Source of the DNA: an uncultured Balneolaceae bacterium
GTDB lineage: Bacteria > Bacteroidota > Rhodothermia > Balneolales > Balneolaceae
DNA length: 64,000 nucleotides
Direction of reading: 5' to 3'
Assembly: GCA_964423345.1 (NCBI GenBank)
Contig: CAYREV010000007.1
Coordinates: 23,912 to 87,911, forward strand
Position 1 is the stretch's first letter; every line of letters begins with the position of its first letter. The position numbers and the translations under genes were made by a program. Positions 1-7,059 of this stretch are shown here, piece after piece. The notes under the pieces are model-generated. The model was not told the origin of the DNA, ran no database searches, and saw only the letters and a program-made list of their open reading frames with translations.

Positions 1-1940
1 GGCTCATACCGGCGGTTAAGTATCTCTTTCCCGTCTACCACGATGCGAAGGCGTACGGCCGACCGCTCCCGGGAAATCCTGTTATCCGGCCGCCGCATAT
101 GGGGCAAGAGGTTCTCCTGGGAAGGTGCATCCTCAACGTTATTATCCACCGGCCGCCCGGGAAGCGTAAAGGATACCACCAGGCTCGAATCACTTTGAAC
201 CGGCAAGCTGTAGGGAGCCTTGCTAAAGAAGTAGGTCAGAAAACCCAGAACGGCTATCAGCGATAATCCCATTATATACCGGGCCGCTTTGCTTCCCCGA
301 GCCTTCGGCAGCTCCTGTTGCCCCCCATGCTCCCTGAAAGCACGGGCCTCCCGTATAAATGCCGCGGAATCCACCTGGTTAAAACGCAGATAACGAATGC
401 GGGAGGGGTCTGCCTTTTCACTTCTCAGCTCCGGATGCCTCGCCCCTTCCAGGCGCATGCCGGTCCACTTCGTCCCCAGCCTGAAGTCAGGTTCGCTCTG
501 GCAGCCGACAACCAGTACCCTCTCTGCTCCCTTTCTCAATACCCGCTCTATCATAAGCGGATGCACCCATCCCACACAGGGAACGGAGCGGACGATATAT
601 CCCGGCAGCTCTTTGCAACGGCCGGTTTCCTCATCAATTTGGAGCTCTGCCCCGGCCGAAGCCGAACAAATGTAGGCAACATATGCCGAGCCTTCCTCAT
701 CAAGCCTGTTTTCCAGCCATCCGTCCACTTCCCTTCGCACCTCGTTGGGCTGTAGCTGCGGAAAGGATATGCCCGCGGGGTCACAGGCCCCAACGCATAT
801 GCCGCAGGACATACACTTCGAGGGATCGATGGAGGCATAATAGTCACCTCTTTTGATATCTCCCTCTTCCCTGCGCAACATGGTCACAGCATTAAAGGGA
901 CAATCTTTATAACACTGTTCACACCCATTGCACAGTGAGGGGTCGACTTCAGGTTTCGGTGGCTCTTTTTTTACCAATAGCCAGGGTACGCTGATAAACC
1001 CAATAAAACCGACCAACAGTAACAGCCAGAGCATTCCGCCCTCCAGCCGGTCGGTGAAGTAAACGGGAATCATATAAAAATAATCGATGGGCATCGCCTC
1101 CTGCATTTCCAGCATGCGGGCGGGCTTGGTCAGGTCGGCAGGCAGCCAAACCGACATAATACAGAGTGAACCGGTCACGGCCCAGGTCATCGGTTTATTG
1201 GTAATAAAGTTAGCCTTGTTAAGCCGCGACACATGCAGCCACAAGGCAATTCCTATAGCCAGCGGTATCAGCATATGGAAGAAGAAAACCAGGAAAAACA
1301 GCAGGGAGTTGAAACTGTCGTCGGTCAGGAAGGAGCGGCTGAGCGGCTCGGCAAAAATCGGCAACTGGTCCAGCATCCGGGCAGTCCCCACCGCTACCTG
1401 GTTGGCCCTTTCATCCCAGACCAGCCAGTATCCCAGCCAGCCGTCAAACCAGAGTAATGCCACCGCCAGGATGCCGGTAACCCAGGCGAGCCACCTGCCT
1501 CCACCCAGGCGCTTGGCAAAAAACATTTTGAAGGCATGAAAAAGTATAAACAACATGCATGCATCCGAGCTGTAGCGGTGGAGGGCCCTGAAAAACTCCC
1601 CTGCCGGATTCATATGCAGCAGGGAATCGTAGGCCTGGTACACACTCGGCTTATACCATAACAGCAGGACAAATCCGGAGACCAGGGCAATCACAAAAGT
1701 AAGGTTGGCGATAGCACCCGACTGGGTAAAGGGGTTGAATGCGGGAGACAACACCTTTTCCACCCACTTGTCAAGCCGTTGAAACCACCGGTTACCGATA
1801 TTAAAAAACCATTCAGCCCGAACGGTCGACTCAGGGCACTGCTCTTTTACCCGGCTTTTATAGTCGCCGTTTTTTTTGAATGAGCTGTGGTCGCCTCCGG
1901 CCAGCTCCGCCAGATTAATTTCTTCAGTCAGGGTATTCAT
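1..1940 (-). CDS. Multidomain redox membrane protein, partial (C-terminus lies beyond the window edge): cytochrome b-type di-haem domain + 2x[4Fe-4S] ferredoxin domain + MvhD/FlpD-like domain + extra TM segment
   Basis: The minus-strand frame is open from the ATG at 1940 to position 1. It is absent from the ORF track because it has no in-window stop, so this is my own translation. 'FFRALHRYSSDACMLFILFHAFKMF..RWLAWVTGI' and 'FFFHMLIPLAIGIALWLH' give two His-x13-His pairs, as in cytochrome b helices B and D. 'CNGCEQCYKDCP' and 'CMSCGICVGAC' (about nt 960-800) are two CxxCxxCxxxC cluster motifs. 'YICSASAG...VPCVGWVHPLMIERVLRKGAERVLVVGCQ' resembles the MvhD/FlpD fold but with several Cys missing. 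The start overlaps the stop of the upstream SCO1-like gene (1924-1940). Confidence 0.7.
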   Translation of the reverse strand, partial: MNTLTEEINLAELAGGDHSSFKKNGDYKSRVKEQCPESTVRAEWFFNIGNRWFQRLDKWVEKVLSPAFNPFTQSGAIANLTFVIALVSGFVLLLWYKPSVYQAYDSLLHMNPAGEFFRALHRYSSDACMLFILFHAFKMFFAKRLGGGRWLAWVTGILAVALLWFDGWLGYWLVWDERANQVAVGTARMLDQLPIFAEPLSRSFLTDDSFNSLLFFLVFFFHMLIPLAIGIALWLHVSRLNKANFITNKPMTWAVTGSLCIMSVWLPADLTKPARMLEMQEAMPIDYFYMIPVYFTDRLEGGMLWLLLLVGFIGFISVPWLLVKKEPPKPEVDPSLCNGCEQCYKDCPFNAVTMLRREEGDIKRGDYYASIDPSKCMSCGICVGACDPAGISFPQLQPNEVRREVDGWLENRLDEEGSAYVAYICSASAGAELQIDEETGRCKELPGYIVRSVPCVGWVHPLMIERVLRKGAERVLVVGCQSEPDFRLGTKWTGMRLEGARHPELRSEKADPSRIRYLRFNQVDSAAFIREARAFREHGGQQELPKARGSKAARYIMGLSLIAVLGFLTYFFSKAPYSLPVQSDSSLVVSFTLPGRPVDNNVEDAPSQENLLPHMRRPDNRISRERSAVRLRIVVDGKEILNRRYE

Positions 1941-2937
1941 CTTTCAGATTGAGGTTTACAGAGTGGTTCAATGTCTTTTCCAACGGTGGGGCATCCTCTT
2001 GAACAAGCAGGCGTGTTGCTTTCAGCAGCCATTTCTGCTGTCGGTCTCCCAGCGTAAACCGGTAGGCTATGGTGCCATTTTTGTCAATGAGTATAAAGAG
2101 GTTCGCGTGGTCAATTGCCCCGTCTTCCCTTCTTATCCGGGGAATGTTAAGCTTGTCAAGGATCTCATTGATATATCCCGCTTCTCCCGTCAACAGATGC
2201 TGATTCGGTTCCGTCAACTCATAATGGTCGGCCGTCATTTTAAGCATGTCGGGAGTGTCTTTCGACGGATCCATGGTCAATGCCATCAGCTGTACCTGCC
2301 CGGCCTCCTTCTCGTTCAGTTCAGCAAGCACCTGTTTGGCCTGTTCCAGAATCAGGGGGCATGTTTCGGCACACGAGGCGTAAACCGCGGTAAGCATTAT
2401 CACATTCTCTCCCCTGTAATCGTCCAGCGAAATGTATTCCTTGTGCTGATTGACCAGCGTAAATGAGGGCGGACTAAATTCTGTCCTCAGGCTCTCGGCC
2501 GGAAACGGTAGTTCCCCTTCACTTTTCAACGAATAAAATGAGGGAAGGGTCAACCCCACGCCCAAAACTAAAACCAATGCCAGGCAGACAGCCGGCAAGG
2601 CAGGCGTCCACCCCTCTTTCAGTAAATCCGAGAGAGGGCGATACCAAAAAATTATTACAAACGTACTGAGGATGGCGGGCTGAACGATAAACATAGCCAG
2701 GTAGATAGACTCGATCTCACCCGTGGCCGGATCATAGCCCAGGCACCAGGTTTTAAACTCCTCGGCAAAAGCACCCAGGGTGGAACCGGAAACCGGGATC
2801 ATCGAAACCGCCAGAACCAGAACGGCAAAAAAGAACAGTACCGAAAGCATGAAAACGGGAAAGCGCCACGAGGAAAAGAAAGCTTCCAGGGAATATAGGA
2901 GATGCTTTGCCTGTTCTGTAGATGGGTCTTTCTTCAT
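1924..2937 (-). CDS. SCO1/SenC-family copper chaperone (thioredoxin fold) fused to an N-terminal polytopic membrane domain
   Basis: 337-aa ORF. The C-terminal half carries 'VIMLTAVYASCAETCPLILEQ' (the CxxxC motif of SCO1/SenC) and 'LMALTMDPSKDTP'. The N-terminal ~150 aa contain 3-4 hydrophobic helices. It lies directly downstream of HCO subunit I. Confidence 0.8.
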   Translation of the reverse strand: MKKDPSTEQAKHLLYSLEAFFSSWRFPVFMLSVLFFFAVLVLAVSMIPVSGSTLGAFAEEFKTWCLGYDPATGEIESIYLAMFIVQPAILSTFVIIFWYRPLSDLLKEGWTPALPAVCLALVLVLGVGLTLPSFYSLKSEGELPFPAESLRTEFSPPSFTLVNQHKEYISLDDYRGENVIMLTAVYASCAETCPLILEQAKQVLAELNEKEAGQVQLMALTMDPSKDTPDMLKMTADHYELTEPNQHLLTGEAGYINEILDKLNIPRIRREDGAIDHANLFILIDKNGTIAYRFTLGDRQQKWLLKATRLLVQEDAPPLEKTLNHSVNLNLKDEYPD

Positions 2938-3088
2938 AATAAATGCCTACTTTTTTTAATCAAGCTGATACAGCTAAAAACCCCTCCGGCCGGTACTACC
3001 GGCCAGAAGGTGATTTTAGTACTAATCCAACGTTTAGCTTACCGTAAGGGTATTATTCAGCAATTCCCCTCAACGGCACTCTACTTTG

Positions 3089-4816
3089 TCAACGAACGAA
3101 CCAAAGGTCAGCCAGGGCTTTCCAGTTGGCGAAATAGTAGATGGCGAAAGTCAACAGGAATATAATTACGACCGTCATGGTTCCGGGCGTTTTTACATGT
3201 TCGTAATCTTCGCCTTCCTCCTCATAGCCCTTCTCAATCAGCTCATCCTTCAGGCGGGTGGAATTTTCGTCCTGCCAGCTTTTCATCGGCTGTCCCTCAT
3301 TGGAACGTCCGAAGAACACCGCTGCAACCACCAGCCCGACAAAGAGCAGCAGGCCGAGGAATGCCAGTATCCCTCCAATTCCGACCAGCCCGAGCATGAC
3401 ATGGGCAATGGGATCAAAACCGGAATCAAGGATGGAGCCGCTGAAGTCGATATCATAGTGACGGCGCGGAACTCCATAGGAACCGGCGAACGACATACCC
3501 ATCGACATGATCACGATACCTCCTCCGAAAAGGTAGGGCTGTATGCGCGCCCACTTCTTAAGATAGAACTCGCGCTGGAATATGAGCGGCACCAGGTAGT
3601 AGGCCAGCCCCATGAAAGCGAGAGTGGTCCCTCCAACTACCGTTGCATGGAAGTGTCCGGGGATCCTGAGCGTGTTATGAGCAATAATATTGATCTGTTC
3701 GGTACCCAGCGTAACCCCGGTAATGCCTCCGATAAATCCGAAGATGACAATGGATAGCAGAATGGCCGAAAAGCCCGGGTCTTTCCATGGAAGTTTTGCG
3801 AACCATCCGAAAATACCCTTGGTAAAACCTTTACGGCGCTGTGCCACCTCAAGAGATGCGGGAACCGTATAGCCGTGAATCATGGAGGCCAATACCGCAA
3901 GATACATGGCATAGGAGGTGTTCCAGATTTTCCATCCGGCACCTACACCCGGATCCACCAGCAGGTGGTGGGCCGAAGCCAGGTTTATAAAAAGAATATA
4001 GAGCACGAAAGCCCCGCGGCAAACCGTTTGATTCAGGGGTTTGGCCCCCGTTGTCATCGTAGCCATGAAATACCAGACGGCAACCATGGCACAAACATTA
4101 ATCTGCTGTGACATATGTCCGAGTCCCCACCAGAGCAGGCGGTAAAGTCCGGGATCGTACGACTCGATCCACCCCATGGACCAGAAATAGGCGGGTACCA
4201 GGGCAGCCGCACCGTGAAGAAGCGCCAAAACCGCTATGATAGCCGCGGCGGCCGCACCGAAAGTTACCAGGGGCATCGAGCCCTCGTAGGTTTTATCCCG
4301 CTTGGCTATATAGAGGGTGGCAAAAAAGTTAAAACAGACAATCAATGCCCCGACGGCAAAGAGGATGATCCCCAGGTAAAAAAGCGGATGCGCTTTCAGC
4401 GGTACGTAGGACGTCATCAGCACATCGGCCTGTCCGGCAAGGATGATATAATTGGTCAATACCGCCCCAATAGTCATCAGCCCCAGTGAAAGGTGTGCCA
4501 GCTTTTTAGAAAACAGGCGACTGTTCAACAGGCTTGTGCTTGCGAAATAGAGGATGCCCATCTCCATGAAGATGATCCAGAAGACCAGCATATTGATCCC
4601 GTGGAAGGTCAACATACGGTAGTACCAGACGCTGTCGAGCAGGTGGACGGCCGTCCAGCGGGTCAGGGCCAAACCGATAGCGGCTATGGCGCCGAGCAGG
4701 AGAAAGACAACGGCTAATACGGCATTCGCCCGCACGAAATACTGTGCGTTTAGAAATACCCGAAGACCGGTAGTAGTACAGGTTCTGAACTTGGCTAAGG
4801 CTTGTGTAGCTTTCAT
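3089..4816 (-). CDS. Haem-copper oxidase superfamily subunit I, B-family (ba3)-like but lacking the cross-linked tyrosine; putative NO reductase of the eNOR/sNOR type
   Basis: 575-aa polytopic protein. Ligand set: His72 'LTFHGINM', His234 'WWGLGHMSQQ', His283/284 'SAHHLL', His388/390 'PGHFHA'. Gln238 sits at His+4, where ba3 has Tyr237. The gene lies next to a CuA subunit II and a SenC gene, in a nirK/azurin/Rrf2 context. Confidence 0.85.
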   Translation of the reverse strand: MKATQALAKFRTCTTTGLRVFLNAQYFVRANAVLAVVFLLLGAIAAIGLALTRWTAVHLLDSVWYYRMLTFHGINMLVFWIIFMEMGILYFASTSLLNSRLFSKKLAHLSLGLMTIGAVLTNYIILAGQADVLMTSYVPLKAHPLFYLGIILFAVGALIVCFNFFATLYIAKRDKTYEGSMPLVTFGAAAAAIIAVLALLHGAAALVPAYFWSMGWIESYDPGLYRLLWWGLGHMSQQINVCAMVAVWYFMATMTTGAKPLNQTVCRGAFVLYILFINLASAHHLLVDPGVGAGWKIWNTSYAMYLAVLASMIHGYTVPASLEVAQRRKGFTKGIFGWFAKLPWKDPGFSAILLSIVIFGFIGGITGVTLGTEQINIIAHNTLRIPGHFHATVVGGTTLAFMGLAYYLVPLIFQREFYLKKWARIQPYLFGGGIVIMSMGMSFAGSYGVPRRHYDIDFSGSILDSGFDPIAHVMLGLVGIGGILAFLGLLLFVGLVVAAVFFGRSNEGQPMKSWQDENSTRLKDELIEKGYEEEGEDYEHVKTPGTMTVVIIFLLTFAIYYFANWKALADLWFVR

Positions 4817-4836
4817 ATCATTAAAATGGTTTAGAT

Positions 4837-5361
4837 TTATTCGACAATGATTTTACCGGTCATCATATGGTGCCCGATGCCGCAAAATTCGTTACATATG
4901 ATATCAAAAGTCCCCGTAGTGGTGGGAGTCATGGTCAGCACATGATCGTAACCCGGAAGGATGTGGAAATTCATGTTCATCGGCAGCAGGGAGAAACCAT
5001 GCTGCAAATCGGGTGAAGAGATATGTATGCGATAGGTCTGATCTTTTTTAAGTTTCAGAACAGGATACCAGTTCCACATCTTTCCAACCAGGTAGGCATC
5101 TCCGCCCGGGGCGGGTTCAACGATAGGTATTCCATTCATCTCCCCCACCTTGTTTGTTTCAATGAATCGGTCGGTTCGATCCAGGAAAGCGGCGGCTTCC
5201 ACTCTATAGGATTCTCCCGTACTGTTTTGCTTCCCTTTGAAGTGCCAGTACGGCATGGTTACAGACATGACCAGACACCAGACTAAAGCCAGCCCGACCC
5301 AAAGGCGCTCGGTGCCGGTTGGGGCTTTAAACCAGTTTCCAACAGGATGAAAAATACTCAT
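4837..5361 (-). CDS. HCO subunit II, cupredoxin domain with intact CuA site, single N-terminal TM helix
   Basis: 174 aa. 'DLQHGFSL' plus 'FDIICNEFCGIGHHMMTGKIIVE' gives the H...CxxxCxxxHxxM CuA ligand pattern. It is very similar to ba3 subunit II 'CNQYCGLGHQNM'. It sits 20 nt upstream of subunit I. Confidence 0.85.
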   Translation of the reverse strand: MSIFHPVGNWFKAPTGTERLWVGLALVWCLVMSVTMPYWHFKGKQNSTGESYRVEAAAFLDRTDRFIETNKVGEMNGIPIVEPAPGGDAYLVGKMWNWYPVLKLKKDQTYRIHISSPDLQHGFSLLPMNMNFHILPGYDHVLTMTPTTTGTFDIICNEFCGIGHHMMTGKIIVE

Positions 5362-5390
5362 AATGTTATATCCGTTTTTTAGTTATTTGA

Positions 5391-5540
5391 TCAGGGTAGC
5401 GTGGCATCACCCATTGATATTAATTCGATGACACCCCAGAGGGTGTAGGAGATGATGGGAATCAGCAAGCCCAGGGCTAGCAACAGCCAGATGTTGTCCA
5501 GGAACCGCTGTCCTAATGGTTTTTCTTCTTCTGATTTCAT
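5391..5540 (-). CDS. Small (49 aa) single-TM peptide, positional analogue of ba3 subunit IIa
   Basis: My own translation, since it is below the ORF-track size cut-off: 'MKSEEEKPLGQRFLDNIWLLLALGLLIPIISYTLWGVIELISMGDATLP'. It has one hydrophobic helix and fills the gap between the HCO paralogue and subunit II. The order small-II-I matches cbaD-cbaB-cbaA of Thermus. Confidence 0.4.
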   Translation of the reverse strand: MKSEEEKPLGQRFLDNIWLLLALGLLIPIISYTLWGVIELISMGDATLP

Positions 5541-5554
5541 AACGATTATTGTTT

Positions 5555-6988
5555 TTATGTTTGAGGGTACATTCGCTTATTCTTCCAGGCCTTGACCATG
5601 ATCCAGAGAAACAGCAGGCCCCCGGAAACGGCCAGCAGTCCGCCGATAGTCATAATCCCCAGGCCCGCAAATACTTCTATAGAATCGATCTGCTGTTCGG
5701 AACCGAACGATTTTCTGGCCAGTCCGTGGTATCCCGCATAACCGAAACCGGCGGCAAACAGCGCCTGCCCGAATCCAAACAGCAGGGGTTGTATAGCGGC
5801 AAGCTTCCTGCTCCGCCCCCCGGGCAGCCGTATGTCGTGTATCTCCAGCAACAGGTAGGTTACGGCCATAAATGCTACGGTTATCCCTCCCACGGCTGCA
5901 TGGTAGTGGGCCGGAATAAGGGTGTTGGAACCGTTGATCATCGCCCCGAGAATAAAACCGATGGAGGTAAGCAGCATACTGGTGACCAATCCGCCGAAAT
6001 AGGGATTTTTCAACAATCTGCCGGGCAGCTCGCCCTTGCGGCGGGCCCGTACCAAAACGACGATGATCAGAACCATAAAAACCGTGACTACGGGGAATAT
6101 GCCCCATTGCATATACCGGGTAAAACCGGAATGGTATAGCATGTTGGAAGTCCCTTTCATCGTGAGCAGCGGGGCTGCCAACACCGGGAGCGTAAAAAGG
6201 GCAAACAGGATGGCCGACCATCGATAGGGTATGGGATTTCTTTTAAGCAATTTGCCCAACAGGATAATCCACACCGACAGCATGGCTGCCACATTCACAA
6301 ACTGAAGCAGGTGCCCCCCTCCCCAGATGGTCAGCTCGTAGTAGGTTTGATCTGACAGGGTTTGGGGTGTGGCAAGCCAGGAACCGAAGAAGGTTACAAA
6401 GCTGACAATCAGCAGAATGGCCGCCGATCGAAAACCGGGCAAAGAGGAATCAGGAAACGCCCTTTCCATAGGGCGGCCGCTCGGAATGGCTGAAATACGG
6501 GAGTTCAAAACCGTACACAATACCCCGGCACCGAATATTAAGAGACCCCCGATAAAAAGAGGATGGTCGAGGACCGGTATATAATTGGACAAGACCGGTT
6601 CCACCCCGGATACAAATATGGAACTGACCACCATGCCCACTCCCGTGACCGCCAAAGCGTATCCCAGCGGGAGCAGCCTGTTGCTTTTCCCGGCGGCGGG
6701 TACCAATACAAAGAGTCCGCACAGAAATGCATATATCCAGATCAGCAGGGCCAGGTCTACATGGACCACGAGTCCCCTCTTGGCAAAAAGAGGGTCAGAA
6801 ATCAGCTCACTGATGAAAGGTGCCCTTGCCAGGACAATGATTATCGAAAACAGGCCCGACAGAAGCAGGGTCCCTATACTCAGGAAAATCCAAAGCCGGG
6901 AGAGGGTCTTTGACTCAATCCCGGCATGATCAACCCAGGACGCTACCGGGAACATTAATATTTTTTTTACCGCTGCTAACAATAGCAA
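5555..6988 (-). CDS. Divergent HCO subunit-I paralogue that retains the haem ligands but lacks the CuB His-His pair
   Basis: 477 aa. It is clearly paralogous to the 575-aa subunit I: 'NYIPVLDHPLFIGGLLIFGAGVLC' vs 'SYVPLKAHPLFYLGIILFAVGALI'; 'WGGGHLLQFVNV' vs 'WWGLGHMSQQINV'; 'IPAHYHAAVGG' vs 'IPGHFHATVVGG'. The helix VII segment 'LFALFTLPVLAAPLLTM' aligns with 'LYILFINLASAHHLLVD', so HH is replaced by AP. The track start is TTG at 6988; an in-frame ATG lies at 6955. Confidence 0.75.
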   Translation of the reverse strand: MLLLAAVKKILMFPVASWVDHAGIESKTLSRLWIFLSIGTLLLSGLFSIIIVLARAPFISELISDPLFAKRGLVVHVDLALLIWIYAFLCGLFVLVPAAGKSNRLLPLGYALAVTGVGMVVSSIFVSGVEPVLSNYIPVLDHPLFIGGLLIFGAGVLCTVLNSRISAIPSGRPMERAFPDSSLPGFRSAAILLIVSFVTFFGSWLATPQTLSDQTYYELTIWGGGHLLQFVNVAAMLSVWIILLGKLLKRNPIPYRWSAILFALFTLPVLAAPLLTMKGTSNMLYHSGFTRYMQWGIFPVVTVFMVLIIVVLVRARRKGELPGRLLKNPYFGGLVTSMLLTSIGFILGAMINGSNTLIPAHYHAAVGGITVAFMAVTYLLLEIHDIRLPGGRSRKLAAIQPLLFGFGQALFAAGFGYAGYHGLARKSFGSEQQIDSIEVFAGLGIMTIGGLLAVSGGLLFLWIMVKAWKNKRMYPQT

Positions 6989-7006
6989 TCACCATCCTTT
7001 GTTTTC

Positions 7007-7059
7007 AATAGAGCTCTTTGTCTATTATCTATATTTTTCAATAGAGTTACAAGTCTATT
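7007..7059. promoter_or_regulatory. Two direct copies of an operator-like palindrome AATAGA-N8-TCTATT in the divergent HCO-operon / Rrf2 promoter region
   Basis: 'TTTTCAATAGAGCTCTTTGTCTATTA' (arms at 7007-7012 and 7021-7026) and 'TTTTCAATAGAGTTACAAGTCTATTA' (arms at 7040-7045 and 7054-7059). The copies are 33 bp apart and lie 19-71 bp upstream of the HCO-paralogue start. A related TATAGA-N8-TCTATA is found in front of nirK. Confidence 0.4.

Noticed and set aside
318-1539. Plus-strand and short minus-strand ORFs listed by the track in the first 1.9 kb (318-755, 397-675, 551-847, 949-1149, 1087-1539, 1233-1457).
   Set aside because: The third minus-strand frame is open across the whole region and encodes coherent cytochrome b, ferredoxin and MvhD-like motifs. 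The listed ORFs are out-of-frame or antisense artefacts.
2976-3004. Hairpin GGCCGGTA-C-TACCGGCC followed (minus strand) by GGAGGGG then TTTTT, lying between HCO subunit I and the SenC gene.
   Set aside because: There is effectively a 1-nt loop, and 7 nt separate the stem from the T-run, so it is not a convincing intrinsic terminator. At most it is a weak attenuator or RNA-processing site.
3086-3757. Many ORFs of 60-310 aa on the strand opposite to long, well-supported genes. Examples: 3086-3757 +, 5549-6139 +, 10273-11139 +, 21677-22606 -, 26570-27274 +, 34947-35720 +, 58292-59017 -, 51759-52421 +.
   Set aside because: Each lies entirely within a longer ORF that has clear family motifs. Their translations are low-complexity (Arg/Gly/Pro-rich or hydrophobic-free) with no recognisable motifs. 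They are typical antisense shadow ORFs.
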